Positions 20,642-29,857 are shown, counted from the stretch's first letter. The stretch is 64,000 nucleotides of DNA from Alphaproteobacteria bacterium (GCA_011087645.1 JAALLF010000004.1:76987-140986); one strand, 5' to 3'. Numbers and translations are program-made. The notes: generated by a model from the sequence alone, not told the origin.

Positions 20642-21865
20642 ATGAGCCTGGCGCAGGACGATACTTTGCAAGCAAAGTCCAAGAACAGCGATAAGGCGCG
20701 CTTCCAGTGGGACGACCCGCTGCTGCTCGACGAAGCGTTGAGCGAAGACGAACGCATGGTGCGCGATACCGCGCGCGCCTACGCCCAGGATAAATTGATG
20801 CCGCGGGTGCTGGAGGCCAATCGCCACGAGCGCTTCGACCGCGAAATCATGAACGAGTTGGGCGAACTCGGCCTGCTCGGCTCGACCCTGCCCACCGACT
20901 ATGGCTGCGCCGGGGTCAACAATGTCTGCTACGGCTTGATCGCGCGCGAGGTCGAGCGTGTGGATTCGGGATATCGCTCGGCGCTTTCCGTCCAGTCGTC
21001 GCTGGTGATGTGGCCAATCTACACCTACGGTTCGGAAGAGCAGCGCCGCAAGTATCTGCCCAAACTGGCCACCGGCGAATGGGTCGGCGCGTTCGGTCTT
21101 ACCGAGCCCAATGCGGGCTCCGATCCGGGTAGCATGGTGACCCGCGCCCGCTCGGTCGACGGCGGCTTCGCATTGCATGGCGCAAAAATGTGGATTTCCA
21201 ACGCGCCGATCGCCGATGTGTTCGTGATCTGGGCGAAAGATGATGAGGACATTATTCGCGGCTTCATGTTGGAAAAAGGCATGAAGGGCGTTACGGCGCC
21301 GAAGATCGAAGGCAAATTTTCGCTGCGCGCCTCGTCGACCGGCGAAGTCGTCATGGATGACGTATTCGTGCCGGCGGAAAACCAATTGCCCAACGCACGC
21401 GGCCTGGGCGGCCCGTTCGGCTGCCTCAACAAGGCGCGCTACGGCATTTCCTGGGGGGCGCTTGGCGCCGCCGAATTTTGCTGGCATGCGGCGCGCCAAT
21501 ACACGCTCGACCGCGAGCAGTTCGGCAGACCCCTGGCGGCCACGCAGTTGGTTCAGAAAAAACTCGCCGACATGCAGACTGAGATCACGCTGGGCCTGCA
21601 CGCCAGCTTGCGCCTCGGCCGGCTGATGGATGACGACAAATCGACCCCGGAAATGATCTCGATGCTGAAACGCAACAACGCCGGTAAGGCGCTCGACATC
21701 GCGCGGGTCGCCCGCGATATGCATGGCGGCAACGGCATCATGGATGAGTTCCACGTCATCCGCCACGTGATGAACCTGGAAACCGTCAACACTTATGAGG
21801 GCACCCACGACGTCCACGCACTGATTCTGGGGCGGGCGCAAACCGGCATTCAGGCCTTCACATGA
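20642..21865 (+). CDS. gcdH: Glutaryl-CoA dehydrogenase (acyl-CoA dehydrogenase family)
   Basis: ACAD motifs ([36 protein letters not shown]) and N-terminal similarity to GCDH. Confidence 0.85.
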   Translation: MSLAQDDTLQAKSKNSDKARFQWDDPLLLDEALSEDERMVRDTARAYAQDKLMPRVLEANRHERFDREIMNELGELGLLGSTLPTDYGCAGVNNVCYGLIAREVERVDSGYRSALSVQSSLVMWPIYTYGSEEQRRKYLPKLATGEWVGAFGLTEPNAGSDPGSMVTRARSVDGGFALHGAKMWISNAPIADVFVIWAKDDEDIIRGFMLEKGMKGVTAPKIEGKFSLRASSTGEVVMDDVFVPAENQLPNARGLGGPFGCLNKARYGISWGALGAAEFCWHAARQYTLDREQFGRPLAATQLVQKKLADMQTEITLGLHASLRLGRLMDDDKSTPEMISMLKRNNAGKALDIARVARDMHGGNGIMDEFHVIRHVMNLETVNTYEGTHDVHALILGRAQTGIQAFT

Positions 21866-21877
21866 TGGGTATACGCT

Positions 21878-22123
21878 ATGTCGTCTAATGGTCCCGTCCA
21901 GAGATCTAAGTCCTCGTTCGACCCGATCACCTGGGGACTCGCCGCGATCTATGTCGCCATATACCTAGGGTTTCTTTTCATCATCGACACCGACGGATTT
22001 TTAAATACAGGTTTCGGTTTAATAACGGCCGTTGTCGTCGCGGTTGTTCTTGTCATCAGTTTTTTTGTGGTCCGCTACGTCATCCGGTTGAGGCTAAAAA
22101 GTATAACTGACCAAGGTGATTAA
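21878..22123 (+). CDS. Small 2-TM membrane protein, hypothetical
   Basis: 81 aa with two hydrophobic helices; sits 12 nt after gcdH. Confidence 0.45.
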   Translation: MSSNGPVQRSKSSFDPITWGLAAIYVAIYLGFLFIIDTDGFLNTGFGLITAVVVAVVLVISFFVVRYVIRLRLKSITDQGD

Positions 22124-22172
22124 CCCCGAGCGCGGTAACGCCGCGCTGTGGAATCGCGTATTATTTTGAGAC

Positions 22173-22433
22173 ATGAATAAACAAGAGGCCATCAAAAGAC
22201 TGCGGAAACGTCTCGTCGCGCTGCTCGCGGGCCTCGCCCTGTCCTATGTCATTTCGTTCGGCGTGGCGATTTTTCTGGTGGTCGATGCCGAACTCATGGC
22301 CGACGAAACCGGCAAACCGATCGTCATTGGCATCGCCATTGTCGCTGTCGGCCTCGCCTTCCTTCATGTGCGCGCGCAATTTCGCCGCTACGACTATCTG
22401 GTGCGCATGGCCGAAGGAATGGAAGATGAATGA
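22173..22433 (+). CDS. Small 2-TM membrane protein, hypothetical
   Basis: 86 aa with two hydrophobic helices, in tandem with the previous small ORF. Confidence 0.45.
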   Translation: MNKQEAIKRLRKRLVALLAGLALSYVISFGVAIFLVVDAELMADETGKPIVIGIAIVAVGLAFLHVRAQFRRYDYLVRMAEGMEDE

Positions 22434-22455
22434 GCGGCGATAATTCGGTAAGGCG

Positions 22456-23067
22456 TTAGCCGCAGCTTCCGCAAATGCCGTCGGCGGGTTTAAAGCTGAC
22501 GCAGAGCTTGCCGGCATCGGCGCAGGCCAGGTCCATATTTTTAAGACCGCAGCGCATATTGCCGCCCGACGTCTCGCCCTCGAAATGCCCACAGCGCGTA
22601 CAAACGCCGAAATCCGTGCTACCGCAGCGGTTTTGCATTTCGCCGCAGAGCTGGGTCAGCGCGGAGGTCAGCGATTGGGACAAATTGGCGTCGAGTCCCC
22701 GCACCGCAATATCAAGGCAGTTCAGGGGATCCTCGTTTAACAGCGCCGCCCCCTCTTCCGTGATCGCCAGATGACGCACCCGTTTGTCGGTCTTGTGGGC
22801 TACCCGCCGCACATAGCCCTTCTTCTCTAGCGCTTTAAGAGTCTGGCTCGCGGTACCCTTTGTGGTGCCGAGAAAAACCGCCAACCCGCCCGGGGTGCGC
22901 GACAATTGGTTGGCGCGCGCGACAAAACGCAAGCTATCCCATTGGGCCGGATTGAGACCATGGGAGTATTGCAGGCCTCGCGCCATACGGCCGACGCGAT
23001 CCAGGAGTCGCGTCAAATCTTCATGTTTTTCAGTAGGTTCTACGGTGGGTTTAAAGTTTATCGCCAT
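22456..23067 (-). CDS. MarR-family transcriptional regulator fused to a C-terminal 9-Cys domain
   Basis: Central winged-helix region (TPGGLAVFLGTTKGTASQTLKALEKKGYVRR...DKRVRHLAITEEG) typical of MarR. The C-terminal 65 aa carries nine Cys, including two CxxC pairs. Confidence 0.7.
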   Translation of the reverse strand: MAINFKPTVEPTEKHEDLTRLLDRVGRMARGLQYSHGLNPAQWDSLRFVARANQLSRTPGGLAVFLGTTKGTASQTLKALEKKGYVRRVAHKTDKRVRHLAITEEGAALLNEDPLNCLDIAVRGLDANLSQSLTSALTQLCGEMQNRCGSTDFGVCTRCGHFEGETSGGNMRCGLKNMDLACADAGKLCVSFKPADGICGSCG

Positions 23068-23129
23068 GATTTTTATGTTCGATAGGTCAGCTGCGCTATA
23101 TCGTTCCGATAGTGTCGAGTCGATAACAT

Positions 23130-23158
23130 CTTGCGCAACCTGTCTCCATCCTCTATAT
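23130..23158 (+). promoter_or_regulatory. Candidate sigma32-type promoter for rpoH (CTTG-N17-CTCTATAT)
   Basis: Motif seen about 90 nt upstream of the rpoH ATG. It resembles the alphaproteobacterial RpoH consensus CTTG-N17-18-CYTATNT but is not a perfect match. Confidence 0.3.
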
Positions 23159-23245
23159 TTTTACCATAGCGAGTCGATACCAATTATCCCCGCACGCCTT
23201 TTGTGGATATAGAACAAGTCGTCGGGTTGTCAAAAGGAATGTCAC

Positions 23246-24139
23246 ATGGCCACATTTGCATCGCACGATATAGAACGCGGAAACCGGCGTTATGCGGCGT
23301 CGGTCATGCGCGCGCCTGTCCTTGAACGCGAGCACGAATTCGACCTTGCACGCCGTTGGCGCGATCATAAAGACGAAGACGCGCTGCACGAGATCATCGA
23401 AGCCTACGCCCGATTCGTTTTGCGGATCGCGTGGAAATTCCGCGGCTATGGGTTACCGGTCGGTGATTTAGTGCAAGAAGGTAATATTGGCCTCATGGAA
23501 GCGGCACAGCGTTTCGATCCCGAGCGCAATGCCCGGTTCTCGACCTATGCCTCCTGGTGGATCATGGCCGCCATTCAGGACCATATCCTACGCAATAACT
23601 CCATTGTCCGGGTCGCGACGACCCCGGCTCAGCGACGCCTGTTCTTCAACCTGCGACGGGTGCGCGCCAAGCTTGCGACCGGCATCGACGGCGAGCTGAC
23701 GGATTTCGACCGCGAGGTCGTCGCCCAGCATCTCGACGTGAAGGTGAAGGACGTGGAGCGCATGGAGGGCCATTTAAGCGGCGCCGATAGCTCGCTCAAC
23801 GCCACGGTCAGCACCGAGGACGATTTACAGTTCCAAGATCTGCTTGCCGATGAAGGCCCTAACCCAGAAGAGGTTACGGCATCTCAGGTCGACGGCGAAA
23901 CCCGCTCGAAATGGCTGCACGAGGCGTTGGATACACTTAGCGATCGCGAACGTAAGATTATCGCCCGGCGGTTCCTAGAGGACGATAAGAGCACTTTGGC
24001 GGAAATCGGCGAGAGTTTCGGCGTCAGCAAGGAGCGCATTCGCCAGATCGAATCGAAGGCTCTGGATAAGCTTCGCCACGAGCTTAAGCAGCACGCGGTG
24101 AACCCCAGCGAGCTGCTCAGTCTAAATCTTACGCATTAA
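23246..24139 (+). CDS. rpoH: RNA polymerase sigma-32 factor
   Basis: Sigma-70 family regions 2 and 4 plus an RpoH box-like region (QRRLFFNLRR); AAGGAA RBS 8 nt upstream. Confidence 0.92.
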   Translation: MATFASHDIERGNRRYAASVMRAPVLEREHEFDLARRWRDHKDEDALHEIIEAYARFVLRIAWKFRGYGLPVGDLVQEGNIGLMEAAQRFDPERNARFSTYASWWIMAAIQDHILRNNSIVRVATTPAQRRLFFNLRRVRAKLATGIDGELTDFDREVVAQHLDVKVKDVERMEGHLSGADSSLNATVSTEDDLQFQDLLADEGPNPEEVTASQVDGETRSKWLHEALDTLSDRERKIIARRFLEDDKSTLAEIGESFGVSKERIRQIESKALDKLRHELKQHAVNPSELLSLNLTH

Positions 24140-24185
24140 TGCTGAGCGCCGGCTAAGCGGCGCGGCGTAAAGGACCAGTCGAACA

Positions 24186-24214
24186 GTCGAAACCGCTTAA
24201 GCGGCGGTTTCGAC
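24186..24214. terminator. Hairpin between convergent rpoH and marR (11-bp perfect stem)
   Basis: GTCGAAACCGC-ttaagcg-GCGGTTTCGAC; the marR stop codon lies in the loop; no strong U-tract. Confidence 0.45.
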
Positions 24215-24727
24215 GCGACTGAATTCAGAAACGCGCGGTCCGAAACCGAGCTGCTGCAGCCAGAAGCTCTCAATATTGCGGAGAATATCGTTGGCGTTGG
24301 TCAGGGTTTCCGGGTCGAGGCCGGCGTCGCTGACTTCCGTGGCGTGGCGCTCGAACATAATTTCCAGAGCCCGGCTCAGAGCCAAACCCTTATCGGTCAG
24401 CCGAACCCGGACCGAACGGCGGTCATGGGACGAGCGTTCCTGGTGCAAATAGCCGTTTTCCGTCATTTTCTTGACGTTATAGGAAACGTTAGAACCCAGA
24501 TAGTAGCCGCGCAGCGTCAACTCACCGACCGTCAGCTCATCGCCGCCGATATTGTACAAGATCAACGCCTGGACGTTGTTAATGTCCCGCACATCGGTGC
24601 TGTCGAGCTCATTCTTAATGACCTCGAGAAACTGCCTATGCATCCGTTCGAGCGCATTAATTGTCGTTAGATAAGCCTGCTTCACGGTCCGCCCTCCCGG
24701 GTTTTGTGTGATGAATTCGAGCCGCAA
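24197..24727 (-). CDS. MarR-family transcriptional regulator
   Basis: Winged-helix core (ALILYNIGGDELTVGELT...NVSYNVKKMTENGYL...DRRSVRVRLTDKG). Confidence 0.75.
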   Translation of the reverse strand: MRLEFITQNPGGRTVKQAYLTTINALERMHRQFLEVIKNELDSTDVRDINNVQALILYNIGGDELTVGELTLRGYYLGSNVSYNVKKMTENGYLHQERSSHDRRSVRVRLTDKGLALSRALEIMFERHATEVSDAGLDPETLTNANDILRNIESFWLQQLGFGPRVSEFSRVETAA

Positions 24728-24733
24728 TTATCG

Positions 24734-24770
24734 CTTTAAGGGGTTAAAGATGGCTTAAGGTAATTTAACC
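24734..24770. promoter_or_regulatory. Cluster of overlapping TTAAG-type dyads (CTTTAAggggTTAAAG; GGTTAAA-N15-TTTAACC) upstream of marR
   Basis: Inverted repeats visible directly in the sequence just upstream of the marR start; candidate MarR operator. Confidence 0.35.
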
Positions 24771-24816
24771 AAAAACCGCTCTAAAATTGATTGAATTTGT
24801 TGCTATTTGGACAGTT

Positions 24817-25707
24817 TCAGCTATCTCGGATTTGCCGAATAATCGCCGAAAAATCAAGCTCTGCGTTGCGCCCCGAGCTGGCGAACGCATCGAACAGTTC
24901 GGTGGCGTGCGCCGCCAATGGGGTATTGGCGTCTGCCGAGGCGGCGGCTTCCTGAGACAGCTTCAAATCTTTTAACATCATGGCGACGGTAAAACCCGCC
25001 TCATAATCGCGATTGGCCGGCGACGTGGGCACCGGGCCCGGCACCGGGCAATAGCTTGACATGGCCCAACATTGGCTGGTCGCCGTGGAGACGATATCCC
25101 AGAGTTTCTGTGCATCAAGATCGAGTTTTTCGCCCAACAGGAACCCTTCGCTGACCGCAATCATCTGGATTGCCAGCATTAAATTGTTGCAAACCTTGAC
25201 CGCCTGGCCACTTCCCGGGCCCCCGGCATGGAAAATATTCTTACCCATGGCCGCCAAGATCGGTTCGGCACGGCCAAAAGCGGCGTCGGTGCCGCCGCAC
25301 ATGAACGTCAGGGTGCCGGCCTCCGCGCCGCCGATTCCGCCGGAGACCGGCGCATCGATCATTTCCAGCCCCTTGTCGGCGGCAACCGCAATGACCTCAC
25401 GCGCCGTCGTCACATCGATGGTGGAAGAATCGATTAACAGCGTGCCGGCGCCAACCGTGTCGATAATCTTGTCGTCGTCGATAAAGACCGAGCGCACATG
25501 AGCCCCGGCCGGCAGCATAGTGACGACCACTTCCGCATCGGCCGCAGCGGCCGCGGCGTTGTCGGCGGCAGTTGCCCCAGACGCCACCGCCCGCGCTACC
25601 GCATCGGGCACCAAATCGAAGGCGGCAACGCTATGGCCGGTCTCAATTAAATTGGCCACCATCGGGCCGCCCATATTGCCCAGTCCAATAAATCCGATCT
25701 TCGACAT
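24817..25707 (-). CDS. mmsB: 3-hydroxyisobutyrate dehydrogenase
   Basis: N-terminal Rossmann GFIGLGNMGGPMVANL and the HIBADH core. Confidence 0.85.
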   Translation of the reverse strand: MSKIGFIGLGNMGGPMVANLIETGHSVAAFDLVPDAVARAVASGATAADNAAAAAADAEVVVTMLPAGAHVRSVFIDDDKIIDTVGAGTLLIDSSTIDVTTAREVIAVAADKGLEMIDAPVSGGIGGAEAGTLTFMCGGTDAAFGRAEPILAAMGKNIFHAGGPGSGQAVKVCNNLMLAIQMIAVSEGFLLGEKLDLDAQKLWDIVSTATSQCWAMSSYCPVPGPVPTSPANRDYEAGFTVAMMLKDLKLSQEAAASADANTPLAAHATELFDAFASSGRNAELDFSAIIRQIRDS

Positions 25708-25733
25708 GCTCTCTCCCCTTTAAGCGTACGCCG

Positions 25734-26780
25734 TTAGCCGAAATCCGGCTCACCGGCGGCGGCTGCAAAATATTCATCGACATCGCTATCGCTCACACCG
25801 GCCAAATCGGCGGGTTGCCACTTTGACGCCCCATCCTTATCGATGACCACGGCCCGGATGCCTTCGAATAAATCATGGCCCCGGAAACATCGGTCGGCAA
25901 TGCGATATTCCATTGTCATGGCGTCTTCGAAGCGCACCAGCGTCGGGCCGAGGCGGAGCTGGCGATAGGATACTTTCAAGCTGGTCGGCGATTTGACGGC
26001 CATCGCCATGACGGTTTCTCCCGCCCAGTTGCTGCCTTCAGCGTTCAAGCGCTCGATAATCTCCTCAACGCTGCCACCCGAAAAACACCGATCGATCGCC
26101 TCACGATGGTCGGACAGCGTATCGGGGCCGGGGTCGCCAGTGAGTTCGGCCAGTATCTTGTCGATGCTCTCATTGTCACTGGCGCCGCCAGCCAGGGTAT
26201 CGATGACTGCGTTAAGACGCTCGGACGGGATGAAAACATCGCCGATACCGGCGTACAGACAATCGGCAGCGCGCAACCGTTGGCCGGTCAGGCCAAGATA
26301 CATGCCGATTTCGCCGGGACAACGCGGCAGAAACCAACTGGCGCCGACGTCGGGAAACAGCCCGATACCGGTTTCCGGCATGGCAAACAGGGTTTGCTCA
26401 GTGACTACCCGGTGCGACCCGTGGATCGAGACGCCGACGCCACCACCCATCACCACCCCATCCATCAGGGCAATATAGGGCTTCGGATAATTAAAAATGG
26501 TGACGTTCTGGGTGTACTCGGCGCCGTAGTAGGTCGGTCCAAAATCGGTACCGCGCTTGTCATAGAGATCGCGAATATCGCCGCCGGCGCAAAAGGCGCG
26601 GTCGCCGGCTCCCTGAATGACCACCGCGGAGATCGACGCATCGCCCGCCCAGGCATGAAGCTGCGGCTCCATCGCCTCGACCATGGCCAGCGATAGGGCA
26701 TTCAGCGCTTGTGGTTTATTCAGCGTAATAATTCCGAGGGCGCCCCGGGATTCAAAGATAACTTCGGAAGTATCGGACAT
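25734..26780 (-). CDS. 3-hydroxyisobutyryl-CoA hydrolase / enoyl-CoA hydratase family
   Basis: Crotonase fold motifs (AFCAGGDIRDL; ALMDGVVMGGGVG); about 350 aa, typical of HIBCH. Confidence 0.8.
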   Translation of the reverse strand: MSDTSEVIFESRGALGIITLNKPQALNALSLAMVEAMEPQLHAWAGDASISAVVIQGAGDRAFCAGGDIRDLYDKRGTDFGPTYYGAEYTQNVTIFNYPKPYIALMDGVVMGGGVGVSIHGSHRVVTEQTLFAMPETGIGLFPDVGASWFLPRCPGEIGMYLGLTGQRLRAADCLYAGIGDVFIPSERLNAVIDTLAGGASDNESIDKILAELTGDPGPDTLSDHREAIDRCFSGGSVEEIIERLNAEGSNWAGETVMAMAVKSPTSLKVSYRQLRLGPTLVRFEDAMTMEYRIADRCFRGHDLFEGIRAVVIDKDGASKWQPADLAGVSDSDVDEYFAAAAGEPDFG

Positions 26781-26793
26781 CTTATTGTTTTAA

Positions 26794-27933
26794 CTACTGT
26801 CTTAGAAAGTCGCGGGCGATGATGACGCGCATAATCTCGTTTGTGCCTTCGAGAATCTGATGGACCCGTAAATCGCGCAAATAGCGTTCAATCGGGAATT
26901 CCTTGAGATAACCGTATCCGCCGTGGAGTTGTAGCGCGCGGTTGACGATGTCGAAGCCCTGGTCAGTTGCCAGGCGCTTCGCCATCGCCGCCGCCGCCGT
27001 GGTGCCCGGCGCGCTATTATCGAGCATCCAGGCGGCGCGGTGCAGCATCACCCGCGCCGATTCGAGTTCGGTCGCCATGTCGGCCAGTTGAAACTGCAAG
27101 GCCTGGAATTCGGCCAGGGTTTGTCCAAATTGCTTGCGGGTCTTCATATGTTCACGGGCCAATTCCAGGCAGGCGCGCGCGCCACCGGTCGAGCAGGCGC
27201 CGATATTGATGCGGCCACCGTCGAGGCCCTGCATGGCGATCTTAAATCCGTCGCCCTCCTCGCCGATACGATTGGCCACGGGGACACGGCAATCTTGAAA
27301 AATTACCGCCGCCGTTAGTTGGCTATTCCAGCCGAGCTTCTTTTCCAGCTTGCCGAAACTGAGGCCCGGGGCGTCTTTTTCGACGGCGATACACGAGATG
27401 CCGTCGGCCCCTTCACCGCCCGTGCGCAGCATGCACACATAGATATCCGAGGCAGACCCGCCGGATATGAAGGCCTTCTCGCCATTGATCACATAATCGT
27501 CGCCGTCGCGCACCGCGCGTGAGGTCAACGCCGCCGCATCGGATCCGGCGCCGGGTTCGGTCAAGCAATAGCTGGCGAAATGCTCCATGGTCATGAGCCT
27601 GGGCAACAAACGGGCGCGGATCTCATCGCCGCCAAACCGGTCGATCATCCAGGACGACATATTGTGGATCGAGATATAGGCCGCCGTGGACGGGCACGCT
27701 GTCGCCAATTCCTCGAAGATGAGCGCCGCGTCGAGCCGTCCCAGGCCCGAGCCGCCATGGGCCTCACTACAATAAATGCCGGCAAGACCCTGGGCGGCTG
27801 CCTGGCGCAGGGTATCGACGGGGAATATGGTCTCGGCATCCCATCGCGCGGCGTGGGGCAGCATTTCATCGGTGGCAAAGCCGCGCGCCATATCCTGAAT
27901 GGCGATCTGTTCTTCGCTAAGCTGAAAATCCAC
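26794..27933 (-). CDS. Acyl-CoA dehydrogenase (likely isobutyryl-CoA dehydrogenase of valine catabolism)
   Basis: ACAD motifs (CLTEPGAGSDAAAL; ARQYLKEFPIERYLRDLRVHQILEGTNE); in an operon with HIBCH and mmsB. Confidence 0.85.
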   Translation of the reverse strand: MDFQLSEEQIAIQDMARGFATDEMLPHAARWDAETIFPVDTLRQAAAQGLAGIYCSEAHGGSGLGRLDAALIFEELATACPSTAAYISIHNMSSWMIDRFGGDEIRARLLPRLMTMEHFASYCLTEPGAGSDAAALTSRAVRDGDDYVINGEKAFISGGSASDIYVCMLRTGGEGADGISCIAVEKDAPGLSFGKLEKKLGWNSQLTAAVIFQDCRVPVANRIGEEGDGFKIAMQGLDGGRINIGACSTGGARACLELAREHMKTRKQFGQTLAEFQALQFQLADMATELESARVMLHRAAWMLDNSAPGTTAAAAMAKRLATDQGFDIVNRALQLHGGYGYLKEFPIERYLRDLRVHQILEGTNEIMRVIIARDFLRQ

Positions 27934-28090
27934 GGCCCACAGCCTCCCCTAACCTCGTGCGCGATAATAGCTGCGGTTTGCCAGACCGCAAGGAACAGCA
28001 CAATAATACCGATGAGACATGGCAGCGGGCCGCCGGTAGCGCTATGTTGCCGGTCGTAAATTTGGCTTTTGGCGAAAGATCGATAGTGCA

Positions 28091-29107
28091 ATGACCCGCG
28101 GCCCGACCACGCCCATTGGCGCCTATCCGCAGACCCGCATGCGCCGCAATCGGCGCTATGACTGGTCGCGGCGCATGGTGCGCGAAAATCAGCTCAGCCC
28201 AGACGATTTCATTTGGCCGCTCTTCGTGCGCGATGGCACCGGCACCGCCGAGGATATCCCCACCATGCCGGGGGTGGTGCGCCGCACCGTCGATTTGCTG
28301 GCCGACGCGGTTGGCGAGGCCAAGGGGTTGGGCATTCCCTCGGTGGCGATCTTCCCGGCGATCGATCCCGATCTCAAAACCCCGATGGCCGAGGAGGCCT
28401 GGAACCCGGACAATTTGGTGTGCCAGGCCATTCGCACCATCAAGGATGCCCATCCCGAGGTCGGTATCGTCTGCGACGTGGCCCTCGACCCCTTCAACTC
28501 AGACGGCCATGACGGCATCGTGCGCGATGGGCATGTGGCCAATGACGAAACCATCGAAGCCCTGTGCCGCCAGGCCTTGGTTCAGGTAGAGGCCGGATGC
28601 GATATCATCGCACCGTCGGACATGATGGACGGACGGGTCGGAGCTATCCGTGAAGCCCTCGATACCTCGGGATGCGAGCAAGCCCAAATCATGTCTTACG
28701 CCGCGAAATTTTCTTCGGCCTTTTACGGCCCGTTCCGCGACGCCATCGACAGTTCCGGATTTCTCGCTGGCGAGACCAAGGATACCTACCAGATGGATCC
28801 GGCCAATACCGACGAGGCCCTGCGCGAGGTTGCCCTCGATATTGCGGAAGGCGCGGACATGGTCATGGTCAAGCCCGGCCTGCCCTATCTCGATATCATT
28901 TGGCGGGTCAAGGAGCGCTTCGGCGTGCCGACCTTCGCCTACAATGTCAGCGGCGAGTACGCCATGCTGCGTTTCGCCGCCGAAGCCGATGCAATCGACT
29001 TTACCAAGGCGATGATGGAAACCCTGGTCTCGTTCAAACGCGCCGGTTGTAACGGGGTGCTGACCTATTTCGCCGTCGACGCCGCCCGTCTGCTCGGTGA
29101 TCAGTAA
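28091..29107 (+). CDS. hemB: Porphobilinogen synthase (delta-aminolevulinic acid dehydratase)
   Basis: RRNRRYDWSRRMVRENQLSPDDFIWPLFV N-terminus; active-site Lys region VMVKPGLPYLDII. Confidence 0.92.
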   Translation: MTRGPTTPIGAYPQTRMRRNRRYDWSRRMVRENQLSPDDFIWPLFVRDGTGTAEDIPTMPGVVRRTVDLLADAVGEAKGLGIPSVAIFPAIDPDLKTPMAEEAWNPDNLVCQAIRTIKDAHPEVGIVCDVALDPFNSDGHDGIVRDGHVANDETIEALCRQALVQVEAGCDIIAPSDMMDGRVGAIREALDTSGCEQAQIMSYAAKFSSAFYGPFRDAIDSSGFLAGETKDTYQMDPANTDEALREVALDIAEGADMVMVKPGLPYLDIIWRVKERFGVPTFAYNVSGEYAMLRFAAEADAIDFTKAMMETLVSFKRAGCNGVLTYFAVDAARLLGDQ

Positions 29108-29186
29108 GCCAATGACCGAGCACGATGCGCGGGACGGTAACGGCGCGCCACCGCCGTTTTTCGTTTATTACAATCCCCGGGTTCAT

Positions 29187-29735
29187 ATGTTTAAGCTTAT
29201 GGCCATTCTGGCGATTGCCATCGTCTTGGCGCTATTGCCGTTCCTGGTCGAGAATGTCGAAACCGACCCGTTTCGTTTGATCGGCGGGATCGTCATCGTA
29301 TTTCTGATCTGGGCCTATCTGACCGGCAGCCGCATTCGCGATCGCCGCCCCCAGGTAGTGGTCGACCCCGATGGCATCTATGTGCGTGACTGGCATTCTG
29401 ACATTGTGCCGTGGGAAGACATCGAATTCATTTCCCATTCCAGTTCGGTGCGACGTGGCATCATCAGCGCCCTGACACGCTCGCGGCGCGGGCCCTATCT
29501 GCTGTTTAGCTTTAGCCGGATGCCAACGTTCATTGCCTCGGTGCCACCGCCTTTCTCCTTCTTCCAGAGAATGTGGAACGATATCGAACTGCAGGAGCCC
29601 GCGATTATGGAATATGGTTTGGACACCAAGGCCACGGTGATCTTGCGCGCCATTCAAGACCACATCGCTTATTGGCAAAACACCCCCAATGACACGGGCG
29701 ACAAGACAACAATCGTCCCGCCACCCTTGGGATAA
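29187..29735 (+). CDS. Membrane protein with bacterial PH (bPH_2/YdbS-like) domain
   Basis: In-frame ATG at 29187 (MFKLMAIL); two TM helices followed by VVVDPDGIYVR...IPWEDIEFI, typical of bPH_2. Confidence 0.5.
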   Translation: MFKLMAILAIAIVLALLPFLVENVETDPFRLIGGIVIVFLIWAYLTGSRIRDRRPQVVVDPDGIYVRDWHSDIVPWEDIEFISHSSSVRRGIISALTRSRRGPYLLFSFSRMPTFIASVPPPFSFFQRMWNDIELQEPAIMEYGLDTKATVILRAIQDHIAYWQNTPNDTGDKTTIVPPPLG

Positions 29736-29741
29736 ATTCGA

Positions 29742-29761
29742 CCTTCAACTATTGTTGAAGG
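29742..29761. promoter_or_regulatory. Perfect palindrome CCTTCAAC-tatt-GTTGAAGG between the PH-domain gene and the peroxiredoxin gene
   Basis: 8-bp perfect arms seen directly; 7 nt after the upstream stop and 97 nt before the prx ATG. Confidence 0.4.
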
Positions 29762-29857
29762 GAGCTAGCGCGACTACGATTTAATCCGTACCAATAATAA
29801 AAAAGCGGCCCGTTCGTCGATCAACCGCAATCGACCCGATACAGAGGAGACAGATAG

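Noticed and set aside
20624-21841. 405-aa minus-strand ORF antisense to gcdH
   Set aside because: The plus-strand frame encodes an unmistakable acyl-CoA dehydrogenase. The antisense ORF is Arg/Ala/Gly-rich low-complexity sequence, typical of stop-codon-poor antisense frames in high-GC DNA.
25875-26696. 273-aa plus-strand ORF inside the 3-hydroxyisobutyryl-CoA hydrolase gene
   Set aside because: Antisense shadow ORF; the minus-strand product has crotonase motifs.
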